Source of the DNA: Ruania sp.
Lineage (GTDB): Bacteria; Actinomycetota; Actinomycetes; Actinomycetales; Beutenbergiaceae
Length of the DNA stretch: 50,228 nt
Direction of reading: 5' to 3'
Assembly: GCA_035303065.1 (NCBI GenBank)
Contig: DATGRZ010000069.1
Span: 1 to 50,228, forward strand
The number at the start of each line of letters is the position of its first letter. Within the stretch, counting starts at the first letter, position 1. Under the pieces are notes generated by a model that worked only from the letters and a program-made list of their open reading frames with translations, was not told the DNA's origin and did not search any database. Below are positions 1 through 9,645 of this stretch, piece after piece. The position numbers and the translations under genes were made by a program.

Positions 1-1
1 G

Positions 2-535
2 ATCAACGTGCGCAACGCGTTGCGGGTGCTGGTCTCCGCGGACCCACGGTACGGGCCGGCGTTCAACCTGGCCGTGGCCCAGGAGATCACCAGATCCCTG
101 ACCCGGCACGGGTACGACTGGTCGGCCCGGCCGCCGGTCACGGTGATCGGGTACAGCGGCGGCGGCCAGATCGCCCTCGGCGCCAGCGGGTACCTGGCGG
201 CGCTGGACATCCCGACCTCGGTGGTCTCGATCGGCGGTGTGCTGAGCAGCGATCCGGCGCTGAACCGGGTGGAGCGGTTGTGGCACCTGTACGGGTCGCG
301 GGACCGGCTGCAGCTGCTCGGACCGGCGATCTTCCCCAGCCGGTGGTGGCTCTCCCCGCTGTCGGCATGGAACCGGGCGGACCGGGACGGTCGGATCACC
401 CGGCGCCGGATCGGCCCGATGCGACACATGGGTAACGGCGACTACTTCGACCGGCACCACCGGACCGAGGACGGCACCAGCTACCGCAACCTCACCGTCG
501 ACGCGCTGGTCGAGGTGCTCTCGCCACACAGGTGA
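2..535 (+). CDS. alpha/beta-hydrolase-fold protein, C-terminal part (5' end outside window)
   Basis: Frame is open to the window edge; G-Y-S-G-G nucleophile-elbow motif (VIGYSGGG) and a later His (MRHMG). Confidence 0.6.
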   Translation: MNVRNALRVLVSADPRYGPAFNLAVAQEITRSLTRHGYDWSARPPVTVIGYSGGGQIALGASGYLAALDIPTSVVSIGGVLSSDPALNRVERLWHLYGSRDRLQLLGPAIFPSRWWLSPLSAWNRADRDGRITRRRIGPMRHMGNGDYFDRHHRTEDGTSYRNLTVDALVEVLSPHR

Positions 536-576
536 CCGACGGGAATACCCCGGAGATACCGGTCCCTTGCACTGAC

Positions 577-996
577 ATGAGGTTTGACGAGTTGCGCACG
601 ATGTTGGCGGACACCCCGGTCGTGACTCTGGTGACTACTCGCAGGAACGGCGATCCCGTCGCGACACCGATCTGGACGATGGTGATCGATGGCGTCCCTT
701 ACCTGCGATCCGCCTTCGGGCCCGGTTCATGGTGGTACCGACACATCCGAGCCGGTCGTCCGGTGGCGTTCGCGCTCGGTGACGGTGCGATCGCCGAGCG
801 GGACCGTGCCGCAGCACTGGCACTGCCGCGCGTCCCGGTGACCGTTGCCGTGGTCTCCGCCGAGGACGAGGTGCAGGACCGGATCGACGCGGAGATCTTG
901 AGCAAGTATGCCGGCGCACCTCAGTCATCGATCGACGCGATGCTCAGTGCCGACGCCCGTGGCTGCACGCTCCGGGTCGAGGCTGCTACGACCTGA
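577..996 (+). CDS. DUF2255 family protein (split-barrel/PNPOx-like)
   Basis: TPIW...YLRSAFGPGSWWYR...IDAEILSKY pattern; ATG 577 preferred, alternative GTG 532 overlaps the upstream stop. Confidence 0.7.
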   Translation: MRFDELRTMLADTPVVTLVTTRRNGDPVATPIWTMVIDGVPYLRSAFGPGSWWYRHIRAGRPVAFALGDGAIAERDRAAALALPRVPVTVAVVSAEDEVQDRIDAEILSKYAGAPQSSIDAMLSADARGCTLRVEAATT

Positions 997-1079
997 GCGA
1001 TCGTGAGCGATCTGAACGATCGCCTGCTACCACTTGCCACCGACATTTCCGCGGGCACAGACCCGCACCTTCTCAAATC

Positions 1080-1104
1080 TGTGGATATCTGACCGTTGTC
1101 CACA
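1080..1104. promoter_or_regulatory. inverted pair of DnaA boxes
   Basis: TGTGGATAT (1080-1088, one mismatch to reverse TTATCCACA) and a perfect TTGTCCACA (1096-1104). Confidence 0.5.
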
Positions 1105-1153
1105 TTTCATCACTAATTGCGTGTCGGGGCTCGGCATACCGCACTTCGTCTCG

Positions 1154-1169
1154 TAGAATGTATGTACGA
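1154..1169 (+). promoter_or_regulatory. degenerate actinobacterial LexA (SOS) box upstream of the HNH gene
   Basis: TAGAAT-GTAT-GTACGA versus consensus TCGAAC-N4-GTTCGA (3 mismatches). Confidence 0.35.
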
Positions 1170-1203
1170 GCCGATCGATAGGTGCACGAGGAGGTGGGCA
1201 GCG

Positions 1204-2706
1204 ATGACAGATTCCGTCGACGGGCCAGCGGTCTCGCCGGATACCTCGCTGGACGATCTCCTACAGGCTGATCTGCCGGTGCAGCTCGCCGCCCTGGAAG
1301 CGCTGACTGGTGCGATCGCCGGTGCTGACATCCAGGACGAACGGGACCATCACTCTGGGCCCGAGCTCGGCGAAGCAAGTGTCCGGGTACACCGGATCTG
1401 CTCCCGTCTCACCGGCAAGAGATATCAATGGTTGATGGTGGAAGAAGCCGACGGTCGCTGGGCAACGTCAACATTCCGGCCGCGCACCTTTGCCTCCTAT
1501 GTTGCCCAGTCCCACCACATCTCTTATGCCAATGCCAATCGCACTGTCCGGCTGGCCCGCCAGCTGCGTGATGCGATCCCGTGTTTCGGTACGGCCCTGC
1601 GTGCCGGGCGGGTCGGACCCGACCACATCGAGGCACTGGCCGCCACGGCACTGACCTCACCCACCCGCGTCGCCGCCCTGGCCGAACCTGTGGGCAGCGC
1701 CGAGTCCGAAGAACAGACGCCGCCTGGGGCCGACCAGCCCGAGGAAACCGTCGAGGAGTTCCTGCTGGACCAGGCCCGGCAGCTGACGGTCAACCAGGTG
1801 CGCCGTCTGGGTCGCCACTTTGCGCGTGTTGCCGACCCGGAAGCCGATGAGCGTGGTTACCGCGACGCCAAGCAACGCGAGTACGTCGAGCTGGTGCGCA
1901 CTCTGGATGGTTGGCACCTGTCCGGCTTCCTCACCGAGGAGAACGGTCGACTCATCCGCACCGCGCTGGACGCTCTGATGAGCCCGCCTGCACCAGACGA
2001 CGAGCGCACCGGCGAGCAGCGTCGGGCCCAGGCCCTCGCTGACGTGGCGCACCTGGTCCTGGACCAGGGCCTCGTCGGCAACCGTGCGTCCGTGCGGCCG
2101 CACCTGGGGGTGCTCATCGGAGCCGCCGAGCTCGATCAGCTGCTGATCAACGCTCACGAACCTGACCAGGGCACCCCTGACTCCGCACGCTCCGCCGGTG
2201 CCTCGTGGGAGACCCCAGCTCTAGCAGACCTGGCCGGCATCGACTGGGCCGCCCGCCTGCGCGAACAATCGCCCACTTTCGACGACGGCACCGGCCCCGT
2301 GCCACCGGCACTCCTGCGCCGGCTGGCCACGTGTGGTGGCATCTACCGTGTGCTGTTCTCACCCGAAGGCGAGATCATCAACCATGGGCGAGAACGTCGA
2401 CTGTTCACGCCGGCTCAACGCCGAGCCCTCGTCGCTAGAGACAAAGGCTGCACCTGGCCCGGCTGCACCGCCCCACCGGCCATCTGCGAATCCCACCACG
2501 CCCGCATCCACTGGGCCGACGGCGGACCCACCAACACCACCAACGGCGCGCTGCTCTGCTACCACCATCACGCGGTGGTCGACGACCGGTCGATCAGCAT
2601 GACCCGGCACGACCACCAGTGGATCTTCACGCTGCCGGACGGCACCCTCATCAACCGGGACCTCCATCCGCCTGTGGAGCGAGACATCTGGTCAGACACC
2701 GGATGA
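1204..2706 (+). CDS. DUF222 + HNH endonuclease (13E12-repeat family)
   Basis: R(T)xxQRRAQALAD motif; RLFTPAQRRALVARDKGCTWPGC...CESHH...W.DGGPT...NGALLCYHHH HNH domain; GGAGG before ATG 1204 (alternative ATG 1162). Confidence 0.9.
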   Translation: MTDSVDGPAVSPDTSLDDLLQADLPVQLAALEALTGAIAGADIQDERDHHSGPELGEASVRVHRICSRLTGKRYQWLMVEEADGRWATSTFRPRTFASYVAQSHHISYANANRTVRLARQLRDAIPCFGTALRAGRVGPDHIEALAATALTSPTRVAALAEPVGSAESEEQTPPGADQPEETVEEFLLDQARQLTVNQVRRLGRHFARVADPEADERGYRDAKQREYVELVRTLDGWHLSGFLTEENGRLIRTALDALMSPPAPDDERTGEQRRAQALADVAHLVLDQGLVGNRASVRPHLGVLIGAAELDQLLINAHEPDQGTPDSARSAGASWETPALADLAGIDWAARLREQSPTFDDGTGPVPPALLRRLATCGGIYRVLFSPEGEIINHGRERRLFTPAQRRALVARDKGCTWPGCTAPPAICESHHARIHWADGGPTNTTNGALLCYHHHAVVDDRSISMTRHDHQWIFTLPDGTLINRDLHPPVERDIWSDTG

Positions 2707-2727
2707 CCGCACCCCGCGCCGGGAGAA

Positions 2728-3849
2728 CTAGTCGGCCGAGGACGACTCCGCAGGCCGGGTGAGCTCCGCGAATCGTTCCACCGCATCCATCACCGCACTG
2801 AACCGCGGCGAGTGGAAGAAGTCGAAGTTGTGATGCGTCCCGGGCAGCAGCGCACAGGCTACCGGCGACCGGGACACCGCACGCAGCTTCTCGACGAACG
2901 CGCTGACGTCCTCGTGCAACACCAAGGTGTCCACCGACCCGTGCACAATCAGGAACGGCGGGGCGTCCGGAGTCAGGCACTCCAGTGGTGACCGCGGGCC
3001 GGGACCCGCGCCAACTCCACCGTAGTAACCGTAGAGCCCGATCACGCCGGCCACGTCGGAACCAGTGAGCGCTGCAGTGGCCGCCAGGTGCGCCCCCGCT
3101 GATCCACCGGCCAGGAATACCGTGCCCGGATTACCGCCGTGGTCGGCGGCCCGCGCCCGCAGCCAGGCGAGCGCGGCGCGGGTGTCCGCCAGCTGCTCGG
3201 AGTAGTCCCGGCCGAGGCGGTAGTTCGCACTCGCCACCACCCAGCCCTGGGCGGCCAGCCGGTAGAGCAACGGGTGGGCGCCGAGGGCCTTGCTGCCGAT
3301 CCGGAACCCGCCGGAGTGCAGGTAGAGCAGCACGGGGGCACCTGTACCGCCGCTACCTGACTGGCCCGGCTGCGGGCGGACCGTGCTCCGGGCAACATAG
3401 AGGTCGATGCGCCGGCCCCGCCCAGGTCCGTAGTGCCGGTTGGCGATGCGGCGAACGTCCGGTCGCCAGGACACGAACGGCACCAGCAGAATGCGCCACC
3501 ACACCGGGCGGGTGTAGCTCGGCACCGCTGTCGAGCCGAACGCCTCCACCAGGGCCGCAGAGAGGACATCCCGTGCCGGACGCATCCGCAGGCCCAACCG
3601 GGCGAGCACCGCCAAGTCCAGCAGGATGATCACCATAGCCACCCACCACACCGGCAGGTCCGTACGCAGCTGGAGCACCGCCGTCGTGCCGGAGAGCAGC
3701 CAGTACAACCCGAGCACCGGGTACTCGTTGATCCACCACCCGAACGCGAACTGCAGGTTGAACGGCATGCTGTGCCGCGGACGGGGCGGGTACAGCGCCA
3801 GGCCCGCATGCAGGCCGACGATCAACGCGGTCATCAGGGCGCCAGTCAT
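2728..3849 (-). CDS. membrane-associated alpha/beta hydrolase (HSL-like lipase/esterase)
   Basis: HSGG oxyanion motif, GGSAG nucleophile, HG.VD and HHNFD catalytic Asp/His; N-terminal TM helices; GAGGAG before ATG 3849. Confidence 0.85.
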   Translation of the reverse strand: MTGALMTALIVGLHAGLALYPPRPRHSMPFNLQFAFGWWINEYPVLGLYWLLSGTTAVLQLRTDLPVWWVAMVIILLDLAVLARLGLRMRPARDVLSAALVEAFGSTAVPSYTRPVWWRILLVPFVSWRPDVRRIANRHYGPGRGRRIDLYVARSTVRPQPGQSGSGGTGAPVLLYLHSGGFRIGSKALGAHPLLYRLAAQGWVVASANYRLGRDYSEQLADTRAALAWLRARAADHGGNPGTVFLAGGSAGAHLAATAALTGSDVAGVIGLYGYYGGVGAGPGPRSPLECLTPDAPPFLIVHGSVDTLVLHEDVSAFVEKLRAVSRSPVACALLPGTHHNFDFFHSPRFSAVMDAVERFAELTRPAESSSAD

Positions 3850-3972
3850 GTGCAGCTCCTCGGTCAAGGGATGGTGGCCGACCCAGACTGGCGGCCGGGC
3901 CCGCCACGCACATCGGCCCTCCGGCGAGCGCAGCACCGCCCTTGGTAGGGGTGCGGGCGTACGATCGCAGGG

Positions 3973-4566
3973 ATGGAGGTGCTCCTGGTCGGCGCAACGG
4001 GCGTGATCGGCCGCGCTCTGCTCCCCGTGCTGCTCGACGACGGCCACCGGGTTACCGGGACCTCCCGATCGGCAGCGGGCGCCTCGCGCATCGATGCCGT
4101 CGGCGGAACAGGCATCGTGCTGGACCTCTACGACGAGTCCGCCGTACACCGCATGCTCGACCAGGTCCGGCCGGAGATGCTGATCAGCCAGGTGACCGAC
4201 CTGCCGGACGATCCTGCGCAGCTGGCCGACTACCGGACCGCGAACGCCCGCCTACGCCGGGAGGCCGTACCTCACCTGGTCGCTGCTGCCGCCGAGCGGG
4301 GCGTGGCGCACATCCTGGTGCAGAGTGTGGCGTGGCCGCTGACCGGTGCCGGGGCACAGGCCGTGGCCATCATGGAGCAGGCCGCCCTGGATGCCGGCGG
4401 CACGGTGCTCCGCTACGGCCAGCTCTACGGCGAAGGCACGTACCACCCGGTCGCACCGGACGGGCCGGCAGTGTCGGTGCAGACCGCGGCTGCGCGGACA
4501 GCGGCCTTGCTCGGTGCCGACTCCGGCATCGTCACCGACTCCGGCATCGTCACCGTCACGGACTGA
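3973..4566 (+). CDS. NAD-dependent epimerase/dehydratase family protein
   Basis: GATGVIG Rossmann motif, VLRYGQLYG; TACGAT -10 element 7 nt before ATG (likely leaderless). Confidence 0.85.
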   Translation: MEVLLVGATGVIGRALLPVLLDDGHRVTGTSRSAAGASRIDAVGGTGIVLDLYDESAVHRMLDQVRPEMLISQVTDLPDDPAQLADYRTANARLRREAVPHLVAAAAERGVAHILVQSVAWPLTGAGAQAVAIMEQAALDAGGTVLRYGQLYGEGTYHPVAPDGPAVSVQTAAARTAALLGADSGIVTDSGIVTVTD

Positions 4567-5344
4567 CGTCTCTGCCGGGCCGGTGCGCGTACAACCGATA
4601 GCGCCGCTGGGTGACCCGGATCGAGGGACGCTCCGCGAGCTGGTGCAGCATCTCCCGGTGGTCGTCCACGCGGAAGGCCGGGACGTCCCAGGGCACCAGG
4701 CCCAGGTAGACCACCAGTGCCTGCACGTCGGTGAACGTCATCCCACCGGCCCACTCCTGCGCCTCGTCCACCACCAGTCCGGCCCCGGTGGCTGCCTCCC
4801 GATCCACGTCCAGGCGGGCACGCGGGTACTGCATCTCGCCGCCGAACCAGTCCCGGAGCTCCTGGGCGTCCCGCCCGTCGACCTGCTGGTCCAGCAGCAC
4901 CCCGCCCGGGGCGAGCACCCGGGCGACGTCGGCAAGATCCACGGCCTCGTGCCGGCACATCACCAGGTCGAGGCTGGCATCCTCGAACGGCAGCCGGTCG
5001 CCGGCCTCGGCGTCGTAGGCCAGCACCGGCACACCGAACGGCGCCAGGTTCTCGGTGGCCACCGGCAGGTTGGGCGGCCAGCCCTCGGTGGCGATCAGCT
5101 CCGGACGCTCCTCCTCCGGCAGCTCACCGAGCAGGTGCAGCACCCGCTCCCCACCACCGGTGCCCAGGTCGACCGCGCGGCCCGCACCTCGCAGGGCAGC
5201 GAGGCAGTCCGCCTCGAAGTCCCATGGTGGATCGTCGGCGACCAGGCGGCCATCGAGCACGGAGAAGTCCCAGCCACGCATCTGCGCCCCGGCGTGGGCG
5301 CGGCGCAGCCGGTCCAGAAGGTCGTCACCGGACCCAGTCACCAC
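4556..5344 (-). CDS. class I SAM-dependent methyltransferase
   Basis: GWDFS, VDLGTGGGE motif I, LPFEDASLDLV, RVLAPGG. Confidence 0.85.
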   Translation of the reverse strand: MVTGSGDDLLDRLRRAHAGAQMRGWDFSVLDGRLVADDPPWDFEADCLAALRGAGRAVDLGTGGGERVLHLLGELPEEERPELIATEGWPPNLPVATENLAPFGVPVLAYDAEAGDRLPFEDASLDLVMCRHEAVDLADVARVLAPGGVLLDQQVDGRDAQELRDWFGGEMQYPRARLDVDREAATGAGLVVDEAQEWAGGMTFTDVQALVVYLGLVPWDVPAFRVDDHREMLHQLAERPSIRVTQRRYRLYAHRPGRDVSP

Positions 5345-5354
5345 GTGTCCTCAG

Positions 5355-7307
5355 TCATCGCCGGTCCCGGCCCTGTCCCGGATCGCAGGACGCCCGCTCG
5401 GCCCGAGGAGCACCATCACTGCCCAGATCCACCTGCACCACGTCGTCGTACACGCGCCGCTCGGTACGCACGAGCTGGTACTCCTCGTCCAGGACCGGGA
5501 ACACGTACACCGGGCTGAGCGTCAGCTCCGCCCCGCACCGGGTGTTGCTCAGGTCCATCTGCAGGTGCCCGTAGTGCAGACCGCCGTCTGTCAGCTGCGG
5601 GTTGCCGTTGGAGTCCAGCCGCCAGGTCTCCGGTTCGTCCGCCGAGGCCGACCACTGCGAGTGGGTGTTGAAGTTGATCGGCACGTACTCGCCGTCAGCG
5701 TTCTCGGCGAGCTGTTCACCGCGCAGACCGTCCGCGGCCACGCCCACGTCATAGACGTTCAGGCCCACGCCGTCGCCGTCCTCGTCCACCCAGGATCGCT
5801 CGAACATCTCGTCGTGGCCGGAGATCACCGCCGCCACGCCGTACTCCTCGAGCATCGGCGTGTAGGCGCGCATCGCCACCCCGGACTGGTTGTCGCCGTA
5901 GTCCTCGTGGTTCGGCGGGGTGCCGTGCACCCCCGAGGAGTAGGCGGCGTGGTGGAACTGCACCAGGATGATCTGGCCCTGGTCACGCGCGTCGGCGAGC
6001 TGCTGCTGTGCCCAGTCCCACTGCGCGCTGCCCGGGTCCATGTTCGGCAGGTCGGTGTCCGCCGGGCTGGCGTCGAAGACCTCCGCGTAGGCCTCGGCGT
6101 ACTCCTCAGCAGTGAAGCTGCCCTGGGTGTCGGTGCTCAACCGTTCCGGGGTGAGGTTGCTGTCGTCACCGGAGAACGGCTCCCCGGTGAGCACCCCCTC
6201 GTCCAGGTTCTCGTCCGGCAGGCCGTTGGTGGAGTCCAGGGTGATCACGGTCAGCGGCCCGTAGTCGAGCCGGTAGTAGGAGTCCTGGTACTGCGGGTTG
6301 CCGGTGTCCCCCGGTGTGCTGAAGTAGTCGTGGTAGCGGTTCCGGGCGATCACCGACGGGCTGCGGTCCTCCGGGGTGCCGTACCCGTCGTTCAGGGCGG
6401 CGAACGTCTCCCAGTTGCCGATCGCGGTGAGCAGCGGGATCTCGGCGGCGAACGTCCCGTACTCACCGGCGAAGTGCCGCCAGAACTCGTCCCACGCCGG
6501 CTGGTAGCCCGACCCCTGGGTGAGGTCGCCGGTCACCAGCATCAGGTCCGGGTCCTCCTCCGCGATGATGTCGAGGTTCTCCACCAGCGCCCGTTGCTGG
6601 GCGATCGGGTAGCGGAGCGTGAACTGCTCGTACCGGGTGGTCGAACCGTGGGTCTGGTCCCAGAGCGACCCCGGACCGGGCCGCGGTACCGAGTCCGGGG
6701 TATAGCCGTCCGGGTGCAGCTCCCACTCCCGCTGCTCGACCCTGCCGTAGGGCTCGGTCTCAGTGTCGGAGAACGCCGCGAGCCGCAGGTGTTGCCAGTC
6801 GTCCGATGTGGGGGCGGTGCTGAACCGCCCGCGGAACTGCTCACCGCCCTGCTCCACGGTGTACCGGTAGGTCTGGTCCGGCCGGAGACCGTCCACGGTG
6901 ACCGTGTGCCGGTAGCTGTCGTTCGAGCGCAGCCAGGACCCTTGCTCCAGGCCCGGGATCTCCTGGTTGAGCTCGGCGTCGGTGTACTGCATCAGGTCCA
7001 GATACTCCGGCTCCGAGGTGAGGTCCGCGGGCCCGCGCAGACCCGGTCCGAGGACCCTCACGGTGCCGGGTTCGTCGATCTCGGAGACCCAGCTGATCGT
7101 CATCTCCTCGCTGCCGGGCTGCTGCAGGTAGGGCAGCACCCGGAACCCCGCTGCGGGCTCGGCAGCAGCTTCGACTGCGGACGTTCCCGGAGCGTCCGCC
7201 GGCCGCTGGCTCGCCGCGCTGCCGGGAGGAGCAGCCGTCGCTGTCGTTGCTGCCAGCGGCAGCACGGCCAGTCCCGCCACCGCTGCGGCACGTGTCCACG
7301 TCCTCAT
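5355..7307 (-). CDS. secreted metallophosphoesterase (purple acid phosphatase-like, FN3-like N-domain)
   Basis: Signal peptide; PYLQ...H.V.VDGL.P.Q.Y.Y N-domain; FSD, TGDL, GNWE, FHH and SGHDE motifs. Confidence 0.85.
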   Translation of the reverse strand: MRTWTRAAAVAGLAVLPLAATTATAAPPGSAASQRPADAPGTSAVEAAAEPAAGFRVLPYLQQPGSEEMTISWVSEIDEPGTVRVLGPGLRGPADLTSEPEYLDLMQYTDAELNQEIPGLEQGSWLRSNDSYRHTVTVDGLRPDQTYRYTVEQGGEQFRGRFSTAPTSDDWQHLRLAAFSDTETEPYGRVEQREWELHPDGYTPDSVPRPGPGSLWDQTHGSTTRYEQFTLRYPIAQQRALVENLDIIAEEDPDLMLVTGDLTQGSGYQPAWDEFWRHFAGEYGTFAAEIPLLTAIGNWETFAALNDGYGTPEDRSPSVIARNRYHDYFSTPGDTGNPQYQDSYYRLDYGPLTVITLDSTNGLPDENLDEGVLTGEPFSGDDSNLTPERLSTDTQGSFTAEEYAEAYAEVFDASPADTDLPNMDPGSAQWDWAQQQLADARDQGQIILVQFHHAAYSSGVHGTPPNHEDYGDNQSGVAMRAYTPMLEEYGVAAVISGHDEMFERSWVDEDGDGVGLNVYDVGVAADGLRGEQLAENADGEYVPINFNTHSQWSASADEPETWRLDSNGNPQLTDGGLHYGHLQMDLSNTRCGAELTLSPVYVFPVLDEEYQLVRTERRVYDDVVQVDLGSDGAPRAERASCDPGQGRDRR

Positions 7308-7496
7308 GGTTGCACCTGCTTCTCCCCGTAGAACCAGGCCCGGCCGCGCCTAGCGGACCAAGTCCGGCGCTGTGTCACGACGACGGAACCGTTGCCGTGC
7401 CTGGCAACGTAACAGGCGGTGCCACCACTGTCACCCCCTCGAACCCAGCGACCACCCGTGCTGACGTGCCGCGCTGGCCGCGTTCCTGCGCCGTGC

Positions 7497-7880
7497 TCAC
7501 CGACCGCGGGCGAACCGCTGTTCCCGTAGCTCGCCTGCCACGAAGAGACCCCCGGCGACCACCAGGACCACACCAGCCCACGCCGTCGAGCCGGCCAGCA
7601 GCAGCAAGACCGTGGCGACGACCGCCAGCACGAGCTTGCCGCTGAGCCGGTACGGGTGCGGCAGCCGGCGGGTGGCGCGCGGCGCGAGGAGCAGCGCCCA
7701 GATGGTCACGGCAAGCAGCGGCAGCAGCACCGCGAGCACGATGCCGGCCGCACCGGACAGCAGCCGGGCACCGGCAACGGCGTAGCCGGCGAGCAGCAGC
7801 AGCTCGGCGAGGAAAACCGCGACCTCGACCGGGCCGACCTCAGCGTGTGTCTGCGGACGTGGTCCGCCCCGCCCAGTCAC
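7497..7880 (-). CDS. YrdB/DUF2568 family membrane protein
   Basis: FLAELLLL...WALLLAPRA motif, about 4 TM segments. Confidence 0.75.
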   Translation of the reverse strand: MTGRGGPRPQTHAEVGPVEVAVFLAELLLLAGYAVAGARLLSGAAGIVLAVLLPLLAVTIWALLLAPRATRRLPHPYRLSGKLVLAVVATVLLLLAGSTAWAGVVLVVAGGLFVAGELREQRFARGR

Positions 7881-8233
7881 TGCTCCCCATCGACCGGCGG
7901 TGCGCCGATGCCGATCTCGTTCCCGTCCGGGTCAGCGAACAGGAACTTGCGGACACCATTCTGGTAGGTCTCACGGTGCACCGGTTCGATGCCCTGCCTG
8001 GCAGCGGCTGCCACGAACGGTTCCGGGTCGGCGAGGAACAGGGTGACCATGGCGCTACCGGCCCGCTCGGGGGAGAGCTCCACATACACGTGCCGCTGCT
8101 CAGCCAGGGTCCACACCTTCTCCCTGTCGTTGGGCAGGAACGACTCCGCGCCTGCGAAGAACCGGTCGTACCAGCCCACGGCGCGGTCCAGGTCACGCAC
8201 GGCGATCCCAGCGAACAGGTCCAGCTCCATCAT
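7877..8233 (-). CDS. VOC/glyoxalase family protein
   Basis: V.DLDRAV.WY...FADPDGNEI; GGAAGG before ATG 8233. Confidence 0.85.
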   Translation of the reverse strand: MMELDLFAGIAVRDLDRAVGWYDRFFAGAESFLPNDREKVWTLAEQRHVYVELSPERAGSAMVTLFLADPEPFVAAAARQGIEPVHRETYQNGVRKFLFADPDGNEIGIGAPPVDGEQ

Positions 8234-8392
8234 CGTCCTTCCTTGGCTGCCCGCCGGTGGGCGGTGCGACAGACTGTTCCACATGGCGGTGACGATCTGA
8301 CAGGGCCGTGACGCCGATGCCGAACGGTGGACGGCGGACCCTCCGTGCGTTCCCGGCCGCACCCGGGCGTGCAGCGCAGGTGACGAGATGGC

Positions 8393-9052
8393 TCAACGGC
8401 GCCTGCGTGACAGGCGCCCCCACGGCTTGTACACCGCCAGGCCAGTAGCGAGGCACAGCACGGTCAGGGAGACCGCCGGTGGGAAGAACAGCCAGATCAC
8501 CTCGACGCCGCTGCCGTTGCCGCTGCTCGTACTGGCCGTCGACCTGCTGATCGCTTCCCCGTGCGCCACCACCTGAGGCATGTGCGGCTGCAGCGCCACC
8601 ACGATCAGCACGCACAACACCACGGTGAGGACCAGCTTGACCAGCACCCACCAGTACCGGACCAACCCCCAGCGAGTGGCCAGACCGAGCAGCAGACCGG
8701 TGGCCAGACAGACCAGCGCCGCTACGAGCATCGGCACTGCGACGAACGTGCCGAGCGCGCGATAGGCGAGTCCCGCCGTCGACGGCTGACCGAACCACCC
8801 CACCAGCACGAGCACGGCAACCAGCACATCGATGCCGATCCAGGCCCCGGCGGAGAGGAGGTGAATCACCAGCACCGCCTTGCGCAGCGGTGAGCGCAGG
8901 TGTGGCCGGCCGCGGTGCGAGCGGCCGCCCGCGGTGGCCCGGCCCGTGCTGGTGGTCGGTATGCGGCTGGTGGTCGGTATGCGGCTGGTCGTCGGTGTGC
9001 TCATGGGTGGTGTGCCTCGAGCGGGCACTGGACCGGGGGCGGTGGTGTTCAT
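8393..9052 (-). CDS. DUF2269-like membrane protein (start uncertain, ATG 9004 possible)
   Basis: RK.VL.IH...GAWIG, TGLLL...T.WGL.RYWWV..KL, LAVYKPWG motifs. Confidence 0.75.
   Translation of the reverse strand: MNTTAPGPVPARGTPPMSTPTTSRIPTTSRIPTTSTGRATAGGRSHRGRPHLRSPLRKAVLVIHLLSAGAWIGIDVLVAVLVLVGWFGQPSTAGLAYRALGTFVAVPMLVAALVCLATGLLLGLATRWGLVRYWWVLVKLVLTVVLCVLIVVALQPHMPQVVAHGEAISRSTASTSSGNGSGVEVIWLFFPPAVSLTVLCLATGLAVYKPWGRLSRRRR
8948..9000. repeat. 18-bp tandem repeat, about 3 copies (TTSRIP)
   Basis: gctggtggtcggtatgcg x2 plus one degenerate copy. Confidence 0.8.
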
Positions 9053-9105
9053 ATCGGCAGCCTCGCCGCTGCCGCGCGCCTCGCCATCCGCTCGGTGGCG
9101 CAGCT

Positions 9106-9191
9106 CCGGCTACGTCAGCGGCGGTAGCCGGGCCCCGGGCGACCCCCGCCCGACCTGGCCGCAGCGCCCGCACCTACGCTCCCCGACGTAC
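9106..9191. promoter_or_regulatory. two CTAC-N10-GTA(G/C) dyads, putative response-regulator sites
   Basis: CCGGCTAC-N10-GTAGCCGG (9106-9131) and CTAC-N10-GTAC (9174-9191) in the divergent intergenic region next to the two-component system. Confidence 0.45.
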
Positions 9192-9285
9192 TCCAGGAGC
9201 CGCTCCCGGACGGTCTCGCCCGAACGCTGCCCGCAGCATCGTGGACGTGCTGGCAACACCGCTGGCGCTCAGGAAGGAGAGCTCG

Positions 9286-9549
9286 ATGTTCACCACCACA
9301 ACCGGCCTCACCATGGCCGACGGGCCCTGGCACGAGATGGCCGGTCCGCCGTTCCCGTTCTTCCTCATCCCGCTGGTCTGGTTCCTGCTGGTCGCCGGGA
9401 TCGTCACCGCGGTGTTCTGGAGCCGCCGACGGCGTGAGCTCCGTACCGGTCTGCGGGCCGGTGAGGCGGTGCTCGCCGAACGGTTCGCGCGCGGCGAGAT
9501 CGGACCGGAGGACTACACGGCCCGGCTGCGGGTGCTGCGGGCGAAGTGA
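9286..9549 (+). CDS. small membrane protein with SHOCT domain
   Basis: AGGAAGGAGA RBS; one TM helix; VLAERFARGEIGPEDY..RL..L SHOCT motif. Confidence 0.85.
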   Translation: MFTTTTGLTMADGPWHEMAGPPFPFFLIPLVWFLLVAGIVTAVFWSRRRRELRTGLRAGEAVLAERFARGEIGPEDYTARLRVLRAK

Positions 9550-9645
9550 GCCGAGCCGCAACGGTCCCAGCGTGCGCGGCGCAGGGGCTAGGTTGACTGC
9601 GGGACTCCGACCGCCCACCGGACCCCGGGAGGGGGTGCACCAGCC

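Noticed and set aside
1122-1143. RecA-NDp/PafBC promoter (TGTCGG-N10-TANNNT)
   Set aside because: TGTCGG is present, but the spacing is off by one and the final T is missing.
4517-4552. 18-bp duplication at the epimerase 3' end
   Set aside because: Simple in-frame slippage (DSGIVT x2) with no evident function.
5055-7331. 758-aa plus-strand ORF
   Set aside because: Antisense shadow of the metallophosphoesterase and methyltransferase genes; typical high-GC artefact with no motifs.
7390-7409. CGTTGCC-N6-GGCAACG dyad upstream of the phosphoesterase
   Set aside because: A single short dyad in GC-rich DNA, not a PHO-box direct repeat; insufficient support.
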